A stretch of DNA of 28,269 nt. Origin: an uncultured archaeon (lineage in GTDB: Archaea > Asgardarchaeota > Thorarchaeia > Thorarchaeales > Thorarchaeaceae). Below, piece by piece: positions 26,358 to 28,269 of this stretch (positions are counted from its first letter, which is position 1; the number at the start of each line of letters is the position of its first letter). The stretch spans positions 28,364 to 56,632 of the forward strand of contig CAZSWP010000028.1 in the NCBI GenBank assembly GCA_964610875.1, in the 5' to 3' direction. Position numbers and translations under genes: made by a program. The notes below the pieces were generated by a model that had not been told where the DNA came from, ran no database searches, and was given only the letters and a program-made list of their open reading frames with translations.

Positions 26358-27254
26358 ATGCAACTGACTGGAGACATAATACTCGGGATAGCAATTGGCC
26401 TAATCACTTCATTTCTCTGGGGAATATCTACTAATGTATACAAATCACAAAGCAAACAAGCTACACCACTAGCTATCTCGTCTCTAAAGATGTGGCTCTC
26501 GGGGTTGTTCATGAGCATCATTGTCATTCTTCCTTTTAGAACAAATCCGTTCTATGTCCCTTTTGAGGCAGTGCTCTATCTTATTGCATCTGTATCAATT
26601 GGAATAGTAGTGGGAGACCTCGCATACCTGATTGCACAAGAGAGAATTGGGGTTTCCTATGCATTTCCTATTTCGAGTATCTATCCCATAACGACCTATA
26701 TTTTAGCAGCTCTAATTATTGGGGAAGAACTAGACCCCTTACGATTGATAGGTGTAGTCATTGCAATCATAGGTATAAGCTTACTATCAAGAGCACAGAA
26801 TAGGAAGAAAATGAATCCTGAAGAAAAGAGTATAGTAGGAATTATTCTTGCCTTGTTTGCAGCTTTATGTTGGTCATTGGGAAGTATCTTTCTCCAAATC
26901 GGTGTAACCGGAATCGATCCTATTGATGCCAATTTTGTGAGAATGCTTTTCGGTTCAGCTATTTTCATTCCTCTCTTCTTGACCGCAAGACATGTGGGAA
27001 TGCCATCACCTTCAAGAAAGGCAACTCGTATCATTCTTGCTGGAGGTTTTCTTGGGATGACTCTGGGGTCTCTCCTCTATACATATGCTGTTCAATTGAT
27101 TGGTGCATCAGTTGCAGCATTACTAGGTTCAACAGCCCCACTCTTTGCATTGCCTATTTCCATTTTCATTTTGAAAGAGAATTATTCACTGCAGTCGATA
27201 CTCGGTGCACTACTAACAGTATTTGGTGTCATCTTAGTTGTGATTGCATTATAA
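26358..27254 (+). CDS. DMT/EamA family transporter
   Basis: About 10 TM helices in two repeats: LWG, IGVS.A.P...YP...GE and CWSLG...IGAS.A...PLFA...LKE. Confidence 0.9.
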   Translation: MQLTGDIILGIAIGLITSFLWGISTNVYKSQSKQATPLAISSLKMWLSGLFMSIIVILPFRTNPFYVPFEAVLYLIASVSIGIVVGDLAYLIAQERIGVSYAFPISSIYPITTYILAALIIGEELDPLRLIGVVIAIIGISLLSRAQNRKKMNPEEKSIVGIILALFAALCWSLGSIFLQIGVTGIDPIDANFVRMLFGSAIFIPLFLTARHVGMPSPSRKATRIILAGGFLGMTLGSLLYTYAVQLIGASVAALLGSTAPLFALPISIFILKENYSLQSILGALLTVFGVILVVIAL

Positions 27255-27482
27255 TATCTCATTGTCCATCCATTGGGTTTTCTATGTGAACTATCTCTTT
27301 CGATTCTAAATCAGCTTGTCTTTTCGCCCTACCAATCAACCCAATTTCTACAGAAGAAATGCTTCCCTCGTTGTGGAATATCATAAGAAATATCCGTGAA
27401 GCATATGGTACAATATCAATAGCTCCACACTAAGAAAAATAAATAATCTTATTTCTTTAGAAGAATATAGAGTGAAGTCACA

Positions 27483-27701
27483 TTGACAGAGGAAGAATGT
27501 CCATACTGCGGGAGTACAAGTAGAAGAACAATGTACAATAAGTGGCATGTTCGCGAGGTTTACTGTGGCGAGTGTTTTAGATGCCTTAATCCAGAACATG
27601 TTAGAGAGAAGACAAGGTTAGCTGAAATGGCTTCAAAGGAGGGTAAAATGGTTGAATTCTATATGGGCACCTACTCTCCTTCAGATGACCATACTGAATA
27701 G
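27483..27701 (+). CDS. Small zinc-ribbon protein
   Basis: CPYCGS ... YCGECFRC; TTG start; 72 aa. Confidence 0.65.
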   Translation: MTEEECPYCGSTSRRTMYNKWHVREVYCGECFRCLNPEHVREKTRLAEMASKEGKMVEFYMGTYSPSDDHTE

Positions 27702-27799
27702 TATATTTTCCATTATATACACTCAATGAATATTTATCTTATAGTACATGGCTTTAACCCAAGAATTAAACTATCGTTTCGTTTCGTGGTAGAATCACA

Positions 27800-28269
27800 A
27801 TGGTATCTAAGGAACAAAAGGAAGTATATACCTTTTGCAAAATATGTCAGCAAAATGTACCAATTGATATTGAAAATATCGATCTTGAGAAAGCAAAGGG
27901 GGGGATTACTACAATTCTTTCAGTACACGGTGACCCACAACATGCAATTCTTATTTATCTCGATAAGCAACGAAAAGTTCGATGTGTTGAATACCCATCA
28001 AAGATGCAAGTTAGTTCAACAACTGAACTAGAAAAGGGTCCATTACCAATAGAAGACCAAGGATATGATTTGAAATCAGTGATAAGTTCCTTTGGTGAAC
28101 GATTGGATGGGGCAATCCCAGTCTTTTCTGAAATACTTGCGCAGATTGTAGCAGGAAATACAATCTATATAGTACATACAAATGCAAGCTTAGCGAAGGT
28201 TGTGAAGGAACAGCTTGAAACGCTTTTTCCTAATCATAAGAACCCAGTATTTGTAATCAGCTACGATGA
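27800..28269 (+). CDS. Hypothetical protein with N-terminal CxxC...H...H domain, runs off the window (not in the ORF track)
   Basis: Manual translation MVSKEQKEVYTFCKICQQNVPIDIENIDLEKAKGGITTILSVHGDPQHAILIYLDKQRKVRCVEYP...; open for 156 codons to the window end. Confidence 0.75.
   Translation, partial: MVSKEQKEVYTFCKICQQNVPIDIENIDLEKAKGGITTILSVHGDPQHAILIYLDKQRKVRCVEYPSKMQVSSTTELEKGPLPIEDQGYDLKSVISSFGERLDGAIPVFSEILAQIVAGNTIYIVHTNASLAKVVKEQLETLFPNHKNPVFVISYD

Noticed and set aside
27726-28031. 101-aa ORF in the ORF track
   Set aside because: Overlaps in another frame the more protein-like ORF starting at 27800 that continues off the window.

Overview
Archaeal DNA, most probably from an Asgard archaeon and plausibly Thorarchaeia. 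This is inferred from a Rab-like small GTPase, a longin-like protein, CxxC...H small domains and a eukaryote-like SECIS. The left part is an aromatic amino-acid operon (5'-truncated trpB, trpA, aroD, aroE, bacterial-type aroK, aroA, aroC). The middle holds an M3 oligopeptidase, a YkgJ Fe-S/Zn protein, a Zn-domain/longin/Rab-like GTPase trio, a SWIM finger, an FKBP PPIase, a membrane sensor with a degenerate histidine-kinase core, and a Cys-rich hypothetical. The right part is a ~9 kb minus-strand operon: hdrL-like, hdrC, hdrB, hdrA-like, mvhD, wHTH, mvhG, mvhA. The large hydrogenase subunit lacks its C-terminal Ni-binding motif. That motif is supplied by a 49-codon gene missed by the ORF track (16289-16438, vhuU-like), which has an in-frame TGA at the Ni-ligand position (RCYDC-U-LSCGAH), i.e. 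a selenoprotein. Its stop codon is itself the UGA of the AUGA core of a eukaryote-like SECIS hairpin. A second copy of this SECIS plus gene tail (60/70 nt identical, fold largely preserved) lies 1263 bp downstream. The two copies bracket a small-protein plus nucleotidyltransferase pair resembling a MenA1/MenT1 toxin-antitoxin module. This SECIS-flanked cassette is the most unusual structure in the window. All family calls come from motif recognition by eye; no database search was run.
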